NCBI GenBank assembly: GCA_965230295.1
Contig: OZ246001.1
Span: 3,136,001 to 3,200,000 of the forward strand
Source: Marinicella sp.
GTDB taxonomy: Bacteria; Pseudomonadota; Gammaproteobacteria; Xanthomonadales; Marinicellaceae
Reading direction: 5' to 3'
DNA: 64,000 bases
A program made the translations under genes and the position numbers. Under the pieces are notes generated by a model. The model saw only the letters and a list, made by a program, of their open reading frames with translations. It was not told the DNA's origin and searched no databases. This document shows, one piece after another, positions 28,377-36,792 of this stretch (position 1 is the first letter of the stretch; every line of letters begins with the position of its first letter).

Positions 28377-28823
28377 TTGATACAAAGGGGTTTTTCATCG
28401 CAAGCCTTGCTCTCCTTAGGCTTGCTAATCAGCCTGCTCAATCCTGCCCGAGCGGGATTGAGCGGCTGTGATGATCTCAGTGGAATTACAACCATGCCAA
28501 TGGTCGATTTTGATACAGAAATCCAACCCATCTTTGATACCCACTGCACCAGCTGTCATGGTGGCCCGAATCCCATTGCTTTCATGGACCTCGAACAGGG
28601 ATTTACCCAGTTGGTTGACGTGCCGAGTTTCCAGTTTCCAGAGATCAATCGCATTGAAGCTGGCGAGTCTTTCAACAGTTACCTGTTCTTAAAGATTAAC
28701 TGCAACAATCAACTTTCCGGTGATCGCATGCCGCGCGAAGCACCACCATTGACTTTACTGGACCAAGGGCTTATTCGAGATTGGATTGACCAATTGATGA
28801 TTTATAAGGACGGGTTCGAATAA
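28377..28823 (+). CDS. small secreted c-type cytochrome ending IYKDGFE
   Basis: VDFDTEIQPIF..HCTSCHG, SYLFLKI, GDRMP and LIRDWI (planctomycete cytochrome-C-like pattern). Confidence 0.8.
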   Translation: MIQRGFSSQALLSLGLLISLLNPARAGLSGCDDLSGITTMPMVDFDTEIQPIFDTHCTSCHGGPNPIAFMDLEQGFTQLVDVPSFQFPEINRIEAGESFNSYLFLKINCNNQLSGDRMPREAPPLTLLDQGLIRDWIDQLMIYKDGFE

Positions 28824-28860
28824 CCGTTTTATTGTCAATGCCAATATAAAGTATATAAAA

Positions 28861-29287
28861 ATCAAAAGGAATGTTCTTGGGGCTCCATTCTGGTTCATGG
28901 TCTGAAAGGTCTTCATATTTGCTGCGCAAATAAACCGACCTTTACAGACTATTGTCTGAGCAGTTGCTTCGCACTGCATGTCTGTTCCAGACAAAAGTGA
29001 AAACGACCGCGGCGAACATGACATGCTACCTCGCACGAATAACGCCATTCACATAAGGCTTCTTGACTTCGTCAAATCGCCACATGTTCATTGGCTATTC
29101 TCTTCGCCTCTGATTGGCCTACATGGATGTAGGTCTGCCGCGATAGCAAGGAGCGATAGCGGCCGCAACATCAAAAGCTCACGGTTAATCAATCATTACA
29201 TCAAGGCTTCTTTGCTTTGCAAAATCGCCATGATTGCATGATTTGCCTAACCGGCTCGGCGAGTCAAGCTGCTCAGCAGCTTTCCAT
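28861..29287 (-). repeat. modular structured repeat, right copy (inverted, with extra hairpin inserts)
   Basis: For example 29249-29285 aaccggctcggcgagtcaagctgctcagcagctttcc is the reverse complement of 24905-24941 with 3 mismatches. Confidence 0.85.
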
Positions 29288-29508
29288 GGCATTAACTCCA
29301 TTGCTTGGGATGATTATGAACCGAATCTGAGTCAATACCCGGGTCGGGATGTGACCCACTTCTCATGTTAACTATGAAACGCTGAAAGCTGTCAACCGAT
29401 GGCTGCCAAGTCCGTTAAATCTGGCAAGACTTGGTCATTCTTGACACGAAACATTGCTTTGAAGATCAAGTCAAAACCAAAATTTTGAATGATTTAAGGA
29501 GAATTGAC

Positions 29509-30423
29509 ATGAATAAACTGAAACATACCATGGTGCTTTTATTACTGAGCCTGACTTTTTGGGTGAACAGCGTTTTTGCTTCAACCGAACTGACGGTGGT
29601 TTCACCCTCGACAGAGGTGGGGCATGATCTGGATCTGATGGCAGTCGGTGAGATTTTTAAAGGCACCGAAAACCTGGAGGCTTTTGAATGGGCCATCAAT
29701 GATCCACAAACCGGGGTCAATAACCTGGATCTGGACAACAATGGTCTGGTTGATTACCTGCGGGTGGTGGAAGAGGTCACAAATGGCACACATTTGATCA
29801 TCATACAAGCAACCCTGGCTCATAACGATTACCAGGACGTGGCCACCATTCAGGTGGAACGTATCAATGAACAATACCAAGTACAAATCCACGGTCACGA
29901 AGTGATTTACGGTCCTGAATATTATGTGGTGCCTACTCATGTGCATGTCAGTGCCTGGCCCATTATAACCTGGATCACGCGTCCACTGTACCGCCCCTAT
30001 AAGTCAGTATACTATTGGGGTTTCTACCCCAGGTTGTGGAAGCCATGGCGTCCTGTACACATCAGTGCGTACCGTCCCAAGGTGGTCAGATACACGGGCA
30101 GAAGCACTTTTGTGGTAACCAAAACAAGACGTGTGAAACCGGTGACCCGTGTGGTTTATAAGCCACGCACATCGACCAAGGTCAGTAAAAGTTTACATAT
30201 GAGTAAAACCACTCGACCCAATGGAACCGCAACCACCCGTGTTGGGGTAAAGAAAACCACCACCAAAGCCAATGGTACAAAGGTGACAAAAAAGTCCGGG
30301 GTATCGAAGACGCGCAACAAAAATACTGGGGCCACTACGGTCAAGAAAAGTAAGCAAAAGACCAAAACCAATTCAAAAGGTCAAAAAACCAAGGTTAAAA
30401 AGACCACTTATAAGAAGAAATGA
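29509..30423 (+). CDS. secreted protein with an EF-hand-like NNLDLDNNGLVDY motif and a Lys/Thr-rich tail
   Basis: AAGGAG RBS before ATG 29509; signal peptide; YYWGFYPRLWKPW aromatic segment; very basic last ~100 aa. Confidence 0.8.
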   Translation: MNKLKHTMVLLLLSLTFWVNSVFASTELTVVSPSTEVGHDLDLMAVGEIFKGTENLEAFEWAINDPQTGVNNLDLDNNGLVDYLRVVEEVTNGTHLIIIQATLAHNDYQDVATIQVERINEQYQVQIHGHEVIYGPEYYVVPTHVHVSAWPIITWITRPLYRPYKSVYYWGFYPRLWKPWRPVHISAYRPKVVRYTGRSTFVVTKTRRVKPVTRVVYKPRTSTKVSKSLHMSKTTRPNGTATTRVGVKKTTTKANGTKVTKKSGVSKTRNKNTGATTVKKSKQKTKTNSKGQKTKVKKTTYKKK

Positions 30424-30439
30424 TTGAAGTCAAAACCAA

Positions 30440-30472
30440 TGAAAAGCCGGTTGAAACAGGACCGGCTTTTCA
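30440..30472. terminator. bidirectional terminator
   Basis: tgaaaagccggt...accggcttttca between convergent genes; a second hairpin at 30497-30528. Confidence 0.7.
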
Positions 30473-30538
30473 GTTTGGTTGATTAATTACAACTTGGACG
30501 CACAAAGGGTGTTGGCCCTTTGTGCGTTTTTCTTTCAG

Positions 30539-31441
30539 TTATTCCCCATCTCTGTTTTTGACACGGAAGCGGGTCAGGTTAGCCACTGCAGAAAAGGCAG
30601 GGGCTACCAAGACCGCTTGGTTACTGGCGTCATAGGTGAGACCGTTGGGAAAAGTAACCCTGTTGCTGATGTCTTTGGTTCTGAAGCGGCCGTTATCTGG
30701 GTTTATTTTATATAAGGCCTGGGTTTGTATGCCAGTGGCGTAGATTCTGCCTTCAACAAATTCCAGGTGCCCAATAGCGTAAACAGCTTCAGGTGGTGTG
30801 GGCCTGGCAATAAAGTGTTGCTGGCCATTGGGTTCTATTTTGATCACCCTGCCATTATGGAGGTTGGCCGTGATGATGTTGCCTTGCTCATCCAGTGTGA
30901 TGCCCACAGGAGCGACCAGTAAATCACCTTGAGACAAAGTACTTACCACCCCATCAGGGCTGATTTTTTCTATGGCATCACCAGTCCCTAAACCGGTCGT
31001 TGGATCAGTAAGGCCGTATTGTGAAACATATAAATTACCCGAAGCATCAATCACAATGCCGGATGGGAACGGCAAGGTTTCGGCAAAAAACGTAACGGTG
31101 CCATCCGGGGTAATTTTACTGACAGACGCATTGAGAAAATTGGTTACATACAGGTTACCTGCCGCATCCTGTGCCATATCAATCGGCCCGGCCAGACCTT
31201 CGGCATAAACTGTGGTGTTGCCACCAGGGGTGATTTTGAAAACCCGGCTACCATTAAACCCCTCCGCCGCAAACACCGTTCCGTCTTCGGTGGCAAGCAG
31301 GGCATCCATGTTCAGAAATGCCAATGGTAAAGATCGTTCCAGTCGTTCTGGTTGCGCCATCAGGCTGTTGGTGCAACCTAAAAGCATGATACTGAACAAC
31401 AGTGAAATGGCTGATTGATAAATGTGTGATAGTTTCATCAT
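30539..31441 (-). CDS. secreted NHL/SMP-30-like beta-propeller, possible lipoprotein
   Basis: Repeats P.GIV.DA.GNLYV..; LLGC lipobox-like motif. Confidence 0.8.
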   Translation of the reverse strand: MMKLSHIYQSAISLLFSIMLLGCTNSLMAQPERLERSLPLAFLNMDALLATEDGTVFAAEGFNGSRVFKITPGGNTTVYAEGLAGPIDMAQDAAGNLYVTNFLNASVSKITPDGTVTFFAETLPFPSGIVIDASGNLYVSQYGLTDPTTGLGTGDAIEKISPDGVVSTLSQGDLLVAPVGITLDEQGNIITANLHNGRVIKIEPNGQQHFIARPTPPEAVYAIGHLEFVEGRIYATGIQTQALYKINPDNGRFRTKDISNRVTFPNGLTYDASNQAVLVAPAFSAVANLTRFRVKNRDGE

Positions 31442-31636
31442 TAAATCCTCTTGGTTTTGAGTTAAAAAACAAATTTAGTATGTATTTCGTAGATAGGCAG
31501 AACAACCGGGCTGTGATCAACCACCCCTTGGGTGGTGTGAAACACTAGATTGGTGACATGTTTAATTCGAAACTTGAACGGTGTGGGATATTTGTGTACG
31601 CTCGGCGCATGAAAAAGCAATTATTTTTAATACAAC

Positions 31637-32701
31637 ATGAAGCTTAAAAGCCTGGCCTGGTTGCTGTTATTTTGGCTCATTGTCGGGGCACTCTATTTAT
31701 TGAGCCTGTATCTGGATGCGCAAAAATTTAATACCGGGTTTCAATTGAGTTTTTCCGTGGTCGTCACCACTGTCTTGGTCTATGTGGGATGGACGAGTGT
31801 AACTGCGGTGCTGTATCAGTGGCTTAAAAAACCCATCACTGCAGGCAAGTGGTTCTCTGTTGTCAGGCTGTTAATCGCTGGAATGGTGGTCAGTGTGCCT
31901 TTGATTACCTACCTGGATCGAAGCGTGGTGGCCTTGCTCGAAAACCGGGAGGTGCCTTCTTTTTGGGCTTCCATGGGAAGCATACAGTATGTTTTGGTGT
32001 ATTTTAATCTGTTGATGTATGTGTTGGTTTTCATAGTTTGTGCTGGCATCATCTTTCAGCAACATTCAAAACACCTGCGATTACAAGCCATTGAACTGGC
32101 CAAAGAACAGATCGAAATGAAAATGCAGGCTTTACAGTCACAACTCAGCCCGCATTTTTTGTTCAATTGTTTGAATGGCATTTCCGGCTTGGTTCGGGTG
32201 GCCGATCAAAACCAGGTGATTCAAGCCATAGCTCGATTGGGTGATTTATTGCGCTATGCGGTCAATGTCAGTCAAGAGTTAACCACTCCCTTAGCCAGCG
32301 AATTGGATTTCATGGAGAATTATGTGGCATTACAAAAGCTGCGATTGGGAGATCAGTTTGATTATGAGATCAACTGTGATGACTCACTGTTATCAGCAAC
32401 ATGTCCACCCTTTATGTTACATACCTTGGTGGAAAATGCCTTCGTGCATGGCATGAGTACTGCTGGTGAACCGTTAAGGATTCGAGTCGACATTCAAGCA
32501 AAGGCTGGGCAAATGATTTTTCAGGTCCACAATCACATGAAGCCAGCTGGTCGGCAGCAGGCACCCGTTGGGCTCGGGGTTGCACTAAAAAACCTGAAGA
32601 ATCGGCTGACCTTACAATACCAACAAAACTTCAGTATCACACAACATGCGGCATCTGAGTCATACCTGGCAGAAATCAGGATGCCATTGATGGAGGTATG
32701 A
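31637..32701 (+). CDS. LytS-type sensor histidine kinase
   Basis: ALQSQLSPHFLFNCLN, LVENAFVHG, GLGVALKNLKNRL; N-terminal TM segments. Confidence 0.93.
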   Translation: MKLKSLAWLLLFWLIVGALYLLSLYLDAQKFNTGFQLSFSVVVTTVLVYVGWTSVTAVLYQWLKKPITAGKWFSVVRLLIAGMVVSVPLITYLDRSVVALLENREVPSFWASMGSIQYVLVYFNLLMYVLVFIVCAGIIFQQHSKHLRLQAIELAKEQIEMKMQALQSQLSPHFLFNCLNGISGLVRVADQNQVIQAIARLGDLLRYAVNVSQELTTPLASELDFMENYVALQKLRLGDQFDYEINCDDSLLSATCPPFMLHTLVENAFVHGMSTAGEPLRIRVDIQAKAGQMIFQVHNHMKPAGRQQAPVGLGVALKNLKNRLTLQYQQNFSITQHAASESYLAEIRMPLMEV

Positions 32702-32702
32702 G

Positions 32703-33452
32703 ATGCAACAGATCAAAGCACTGATCGTAGACGATGAAGCATTGGCCCGGGTTAATATACGCGCGGCTTTGCAAGGCTTCAGCAATTGGCTGGTGGTTGG
32801 TGAATTACATCATGGAAAAGAGCTAACCCGTGTGTGTGATGTTACCCAACCAGATGTGGTTTTCCTCGACATCCAAATGCCTGGTGATAATGGCATGACA
32901 CTGGCTGAAACAATGATGCAAGGTGCGCGACCCCCGTTAATTGTCTTTGTCACCGCTTATGATGCTTTTGCAGTAGATGCCTTTGAATTACAAGCTTTTG
33001 ATTACCTGCTAAAACCCTTCGATGATGAACGGTTTGCCCAAACCATCAAACGGGTTGAAGCGCAGCTGTCCCTGCCAGATTCAGCCTTGAGACATTGGCA
33101 ATTGAGTCAGTTACAAGGTCGTGAAAAGCTTGATCAGTTGGTGATTCGCTCTATAGGGTCGATTAAGATCATCCCCCTTGTAGATGTCATACGCTTTCAG
33201 TCATGTGGCAATTATGTTGAAGTGCATCATAAAGAAGGCATGGACTTGCATCGTGTCTCACTGAATCATTTAGAAACCCGTCTTGATGCTGCGGAATTTG
33301 CACGGGTCCATCGATCCTCGGTGGTTAAACTGAATCAAATCAAAGAGCTAAAAACCATTGATGACCATCATCACCTGATCCTGGCCAATGGTGATGAAGT
33401 TAAAATCTCACCCGCCTATAAGGGTAGGTTGTTCGAGCGCATGGGTATTTAG
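32703..33452 (+). CDS. LytTR-family response regulator
   Basis: IVDDE, FLDIQMP, VTAYD, DYLLKPF, FARVHRS. Confidence 0.95.
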   Translation: MQQIKALIVDDEALARVNIRAALQGFSNWLVVGELHHGKELTRVCDVTQPDVVFLDIQMPGDNGMTLAETMMQGARPPLIVFVTAYDAFAVDAFELQAFDYLLKPFDDERFAQTIKRVEAQLSLPDSALRHWQLSQLQGREKLDQLVIRSIGSIKIIPLVDVIRFQSCGNYVEVHHKEGMDLHRVSLNHLETRLDAAEFARVHRSSVVKLNQIKELKTIDDHHHLILANGDEVKISPAYKGRLFERMGI

Positions 33453-33579
33453 GATGTTTATTATCTGCGGAGCACTGTCCGACAGTTCTCCAATGATGAG
33501 TTGAACTTGGTTTTAGATCAGCGCATAGATTAAATGGCCAAAAAGTAGTAAAAATTGTCAGAATTATTCAGAAGGAATC

Positions 33580-33626
33580 AACGTATCCTGATAAATTTTG
33601 AATCTTGGCCCTCATCAGGATACGTT
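33580..33626. repeat. 13-bp perfect inverted repeat
   Basis: aacgtatcctgat (33580-33592) / atcaggatacgtt (33614-33626). Confidence 0.6.
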
Positions 33627-33808
33627 AATTTCCAGTTTATTACCTTTGGTTGGGTCATGATCAATGAACCCTGGTAATAAATCACACACACATTAAATTA
33701 GTTTTCTAACGATTATTCAATAATCTACTAATTCACACACAAGTCTATTGTATATGTACAAAAAATAATATAATATAGTCTGCATAAAAATATGCAGGGT
33801 ATTGACAA

Positions 33809-34567
33809 TTGGATCAAAGTGATGTTCTGAAAAGTTTGAATTTGGCGCTCAAAGCGTTTGCTGAGATGATTTATCAGTTTGATATTCCACAAGCAGAGGT
33901 TTGGAAGCTTGTGCGTTGGCACCTGGCTCACATTGCCAAAAATAACAGCGATGAGGATGAGTCGAAGAAGAACATAGCGGCACGTGCAGGGATCGATCGC
34001 AACAGTTATGCCAAATTCATAAAGGAGCCACCGCCAGAAGGTAAACCTTCAAATTTATCTGCGTTGATCACCATGGCATATGCACAAAGCAAGGATGGCG
34101 AATTGTCTATTAAGGATTTCTTTAAGATTTCAGAAAAGGTGATGAGAACCACCATGTCACCACAGAATGCCCTTGAAGAGTTGATTTCACGGAATGTCAT
34201 TTCATTCAAACCCAACTCATCAACCCATGTCATCGTAAAAAATGAGGGTTTATATGCTTCTGGAATGACAGAGTCATACCTCAATGTCTTTGCATCAACA
34301 CTGAACAAAGTAATCAGAACTTTGTTACACAACAGGGATGCGAAGCAATCTGACCAACTGTTTCAAGCCAACTTCTATTCAACCCAAATGCCTTTGAATG
34401 AACAAAGAGAGTTCAAACAATTCACTAAAGATGAATTTTGGGCATTGCGTGTGCGATTAAGGGAAAAAATTGAAGAACTTGAAAATCCGGATCTGCCTGT
34501 AGGTGCATTTTCTGAGGTCGGCGTTTCCTTACTACAAACCTACTTAGTCAAACACAACAAACACTAA
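33809..34567 (+). CDS. DUF6502-like HTH protein (copy 2)
   Basis: NIAARAGIDRNSY HTH; ALEELISRNVI; TLLHN; YSTQ; paralogue of 13189-13980; TTG start uncertain. Confidence 0.7.
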   Translation: MDQSDVLKSLNLALKAFAEMIYQFDIPQAEVWKLVRWHLAHIAKNNSDEDESKKNIAARAGIDRNSYAKFIKEPPPEGKPSNLSALITMAYAQSKDGELSIKDFFKISEKVMRTTMSPQNALEELISRNVISFKPNSSTHVIVKNEGLYASGMTESYLNVFASTLNKVIRTLLHNRDAKQSDQLFQANFYSTQMPLNEQREFKQFTKDEFWALRVRLREKIEELENPDLPVGAFSEVGVSLLQTYLVKHNKH

Positions 34568-34589
34568 CATAAATATTGGAGTCACTATA

Positions 34590-34859
34590 ATGAAAAAAAT
34601 AATAACAATGATCTGTTTCCTGGCATTCTCATCTTTTGCAATCGGTGCTGAAGACGGCACCGGTCAAGGCAAAGCTTCTGGATCAAACAGCAGTGAATCA
34701 TTTGCCTATTGTAATTTCTTGGTTCTCAACGCAGAAGACGGTACAGGGCAAGTTGATGCAGAAGACGGAACCGGCCAAAGTAAAGCAGAAGATGGCACAG
34801 GCCAAGGTAAATACCCTGATCCAAGGGTAGAGCTTTGTAAACAGCTGCTGTTTAAATAA
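34590..34859 (+). CDS. small secreted protein with four AEDGTGQ repeats
   Basis: GGAG RBS; MKKIITM signal peptide; repeats identical in protein but synonymously diverged in DNA. Confidence 0.85.
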   Translation: MKKIITMICFLAFSSFAIGAEDGTGQGKASGSNSSESFAYCNFLVLNAEDGTGQVDAEDGTGQSKAEDGTGQGKYPDPRVELCKQLLFK

Positions 34860-34917
34860 ACACACACTGGAAAACAAGGTCGTTTTCCTCCCCTTCTGGG
34901 GCCACACCAAGGACGGT

Positions 34918-34972
34918 TAATCATAGGGTAAGTTATTACACACACTACACACCTTACCCTATGATTATTTTT
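34918..34972 (+). terminator. 15-bp stem with a CA-rich loop and T-tract
   Basis: taatcatagggtaag-N20-cttaccctatgatta-ttttt. Confidence 0.6.
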
Positions 34973-35069
34973 AAACCATCAGTAGATCAAAGAATGTCCT
35001 GACAAGGAACGGGTCAGTGTTGATTTTAGACATCACTTGAATGGCCAAAACAATTTAACTAATCCTAAT

Positions 35070-36310
35070 CAAGGACAGGCATCGCTTGGAAGGTTTAAAG
35101 TCAGTTACTTAAGGTTGATTTGGCTTTAAATTTGATTGTTGAGGTGATGTATTTAGATTGTTTTTGACAGAACTGATGTTGGAATTGTTTTTTCAAAGAT
35201 TTTGATGGCTTTAATCCGAGCTGGACGGTTGCAGACATGCTCTGCTGCTGTGATTTTGATGGTTTAGGGCTATTCCAATGCAGGTGTGAGCGTAATTCCA
35301 ATCGTCCATTGACGCCTAGTTTTAGCTGAGAATTCTTTGAGTTGTGAGGTAGTTCCAACAGCGGAAAATCCGATGGATTTAAAGCCTTTGAGTTCATCTA
35401 ACCAAGTGTCAGGATTGATACCGATTTCATCGATGGCTTTGGCTGTTTTCTTGGAGATGAATCCACGTTTATCATCACGTAAACAACGCGCAGTTTCATC
35501 CACTATACTGATGTAGCTGGATAGATAAAAGGGTAGATCATTATCACCTTTGCCGAAACCTGATAACCATGTGTTTTGGTTATCAATTCGCTCTTTAATT
35601 GAAGTGAAATCAGAGTCTTTTAAATTCCTTGCCATTGCTGCCCTAATAGGATTCAAATCTACGTATGCCATACTGGTCAAAAGGGCACGTTCATCTAGCA
35701 ATGCCTGGCTTTTGAACCTACTTTCCCAGAAGTGACCAGTACACTTGTCTTCTTCATTAGCCATACGTGCAACATACTCATTAATGGCTTTCATGTACCA
35801 TGACACTGACATCAGCCTGACTCGATATTCAGCGACATATTCTTTAACTCGCCTTAGCTCAGCTTCGGTGTAGATTTCACCCTTCAGATACCTGTCACAA
35901 AGGACAGGTAATGAATAAAGTGAGCACCAAGTCATAAGCACTTGAGTGGCGTTCCATTCTATAGTTGAATTGACCTTTAAAACGATGTGAAAGTGGTTGT
36001 TCATGATGGCGTATGAACACACATCAATAGCAAATACAGAAGTGACCTGTTTGATGCGATCAATGAGCCACTGGCGACGGTGTTCAAAAGACTTTCCAGT
36101 GAACTTATCTTTACCACAAAGAAAGGCCCTGCGAACACACCTTGAAACAACGTGATAATAGGGCGTTTGTTCAACACAAATTTGTTGATTCCTGGCTACA
36201 GTCATACAAAGCTCCATATAAAAGGAAAATTTTGGCAATTTGAAGGATGTTTTTCTGTAGCAAACTACTGATGAGCGTGTAAGAATATATTTAAGTGATG
36301 CCTGTCCTTG
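35070..36310 (-). mobile_element. RAYT-like element bounded by 18-bp inverted motifs
   Basis: CAAGGACAGGCATCGCTT (35070-35087) versus the reverse complement of 36293-36310 CAAGGACAGGCATCACTT (17/18). Confidence 0.75.
35270..36205 (-). CDS. HUH/Y1 transposase (REP-associated tyrosine transposase, IS200-like fold)
   Basis: YYHVVSRCVRRAFLCG, YAIMNNHFH (HUH), GHFWESRFKS, AYVDLNPIRA (catalytic Tyr); start at ATG 36205 with GGAG RBS. Confidence 0.92.
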   Translation of the reverse strand: MTVARNQQICVEQTPYYHVVSRCVRRAFLCGKDKFTGKSFEHRRQWLIDRIKQVTSVFAIDVCSYAIMNNHFHIVLKVNSTIEWNATQVLMTWCSLYSLPVLCDRYLKGEIYTEAELRRVKEYVAEYRVRLMSVSWYMKAINEYVARMANEEDKCTGHFWESRFKSQALLDERALLTSMAYVDLNPIRAAMARNLKDSDFTSIKERIDNQNTWLSGFGKGDNDLPFYLSSYISIVDETARCLRDDKRGFISKKTAKAIDEIGINPDTWLDELKGFKSIGFSAVGTTSQLKEFSAKTRRQWTIGITLTPALE

Positions 36311-36404
36311 TTTTGTTTCTTTCTGATGAGCGTGTAAGAATATATTTAAGTGATGCCTGTCCTTGTTTTGTTTCCTGTCTTTGTTTTGTTTCTTGTTTTG
36401 TTTC
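36268..36404. repeat. nested tandem duplications at the transposase end
   Basis: 52-bp sequence repeated with a 55-bp period (36268, 36323), then shorter copies ctgtctttgttttgtttc and ttgttttgtttc. Confidence 0.9.
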
Positions 36405-36792
36405 AGGTGCCAATGGCAACAGAGGCCAGGTCAGGGTCTATTTGGATAATCCGGTCTATTTGGATGGATTCAATGCTTCACCAGGTAAAGACTCTAACTA
36501 AAAGATTTTCTTTTTTTGCCAGATCTTTGAGTCGCCACACAGGTCTAAATGACCACAACTCACCATCGCGAACAGTGACGTTTCATGGCAGTGTATTGAA
36601 CGATGTCATGGATACACGCCAATCATTCCCGGTTCCTCCGGATTTTCATCAGTTTGGTCTGTCAAAACTGGATAATTTTATTGAATATTCAGTGTTTGAA
36701 ATTAAAATGTCCGTTTGAATTTACAGGCACCCTGATTAGGACCTTCAGATTGAAGTTTTAAGGATGCCAGAACCCACTTACTGAACATAAAT

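Noticed and set aside
25230-28850. 12-bp direct repeat TGCCAATATAAA flanking the DUF1800 operon
   Set aside because: AT-rich and located inside rather than outside the inverted elements, so not a convincing target-site duplication.
25014-29241. Short ORFs 25014-25265, 28755-29048 and 28978-29241
   Set aside because: They lie largely in the non-coding modular repeats.
34590-34859. RiPP biosynthetic cluster
   Set aside because: No modifying enzyme, peptidase or transporter nearby, and the leader is an ordinary Sec signal.
36268-36404. CRISPR array
   Set aside because: Tandem and nested duplications with no unique spacers; no cas genes in the window.
36295-36718. ORFs 36295-36501 and 36350-36718
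   Set aside because: Translations of the nested repeats (low-complexity VLF/CFVS runs).
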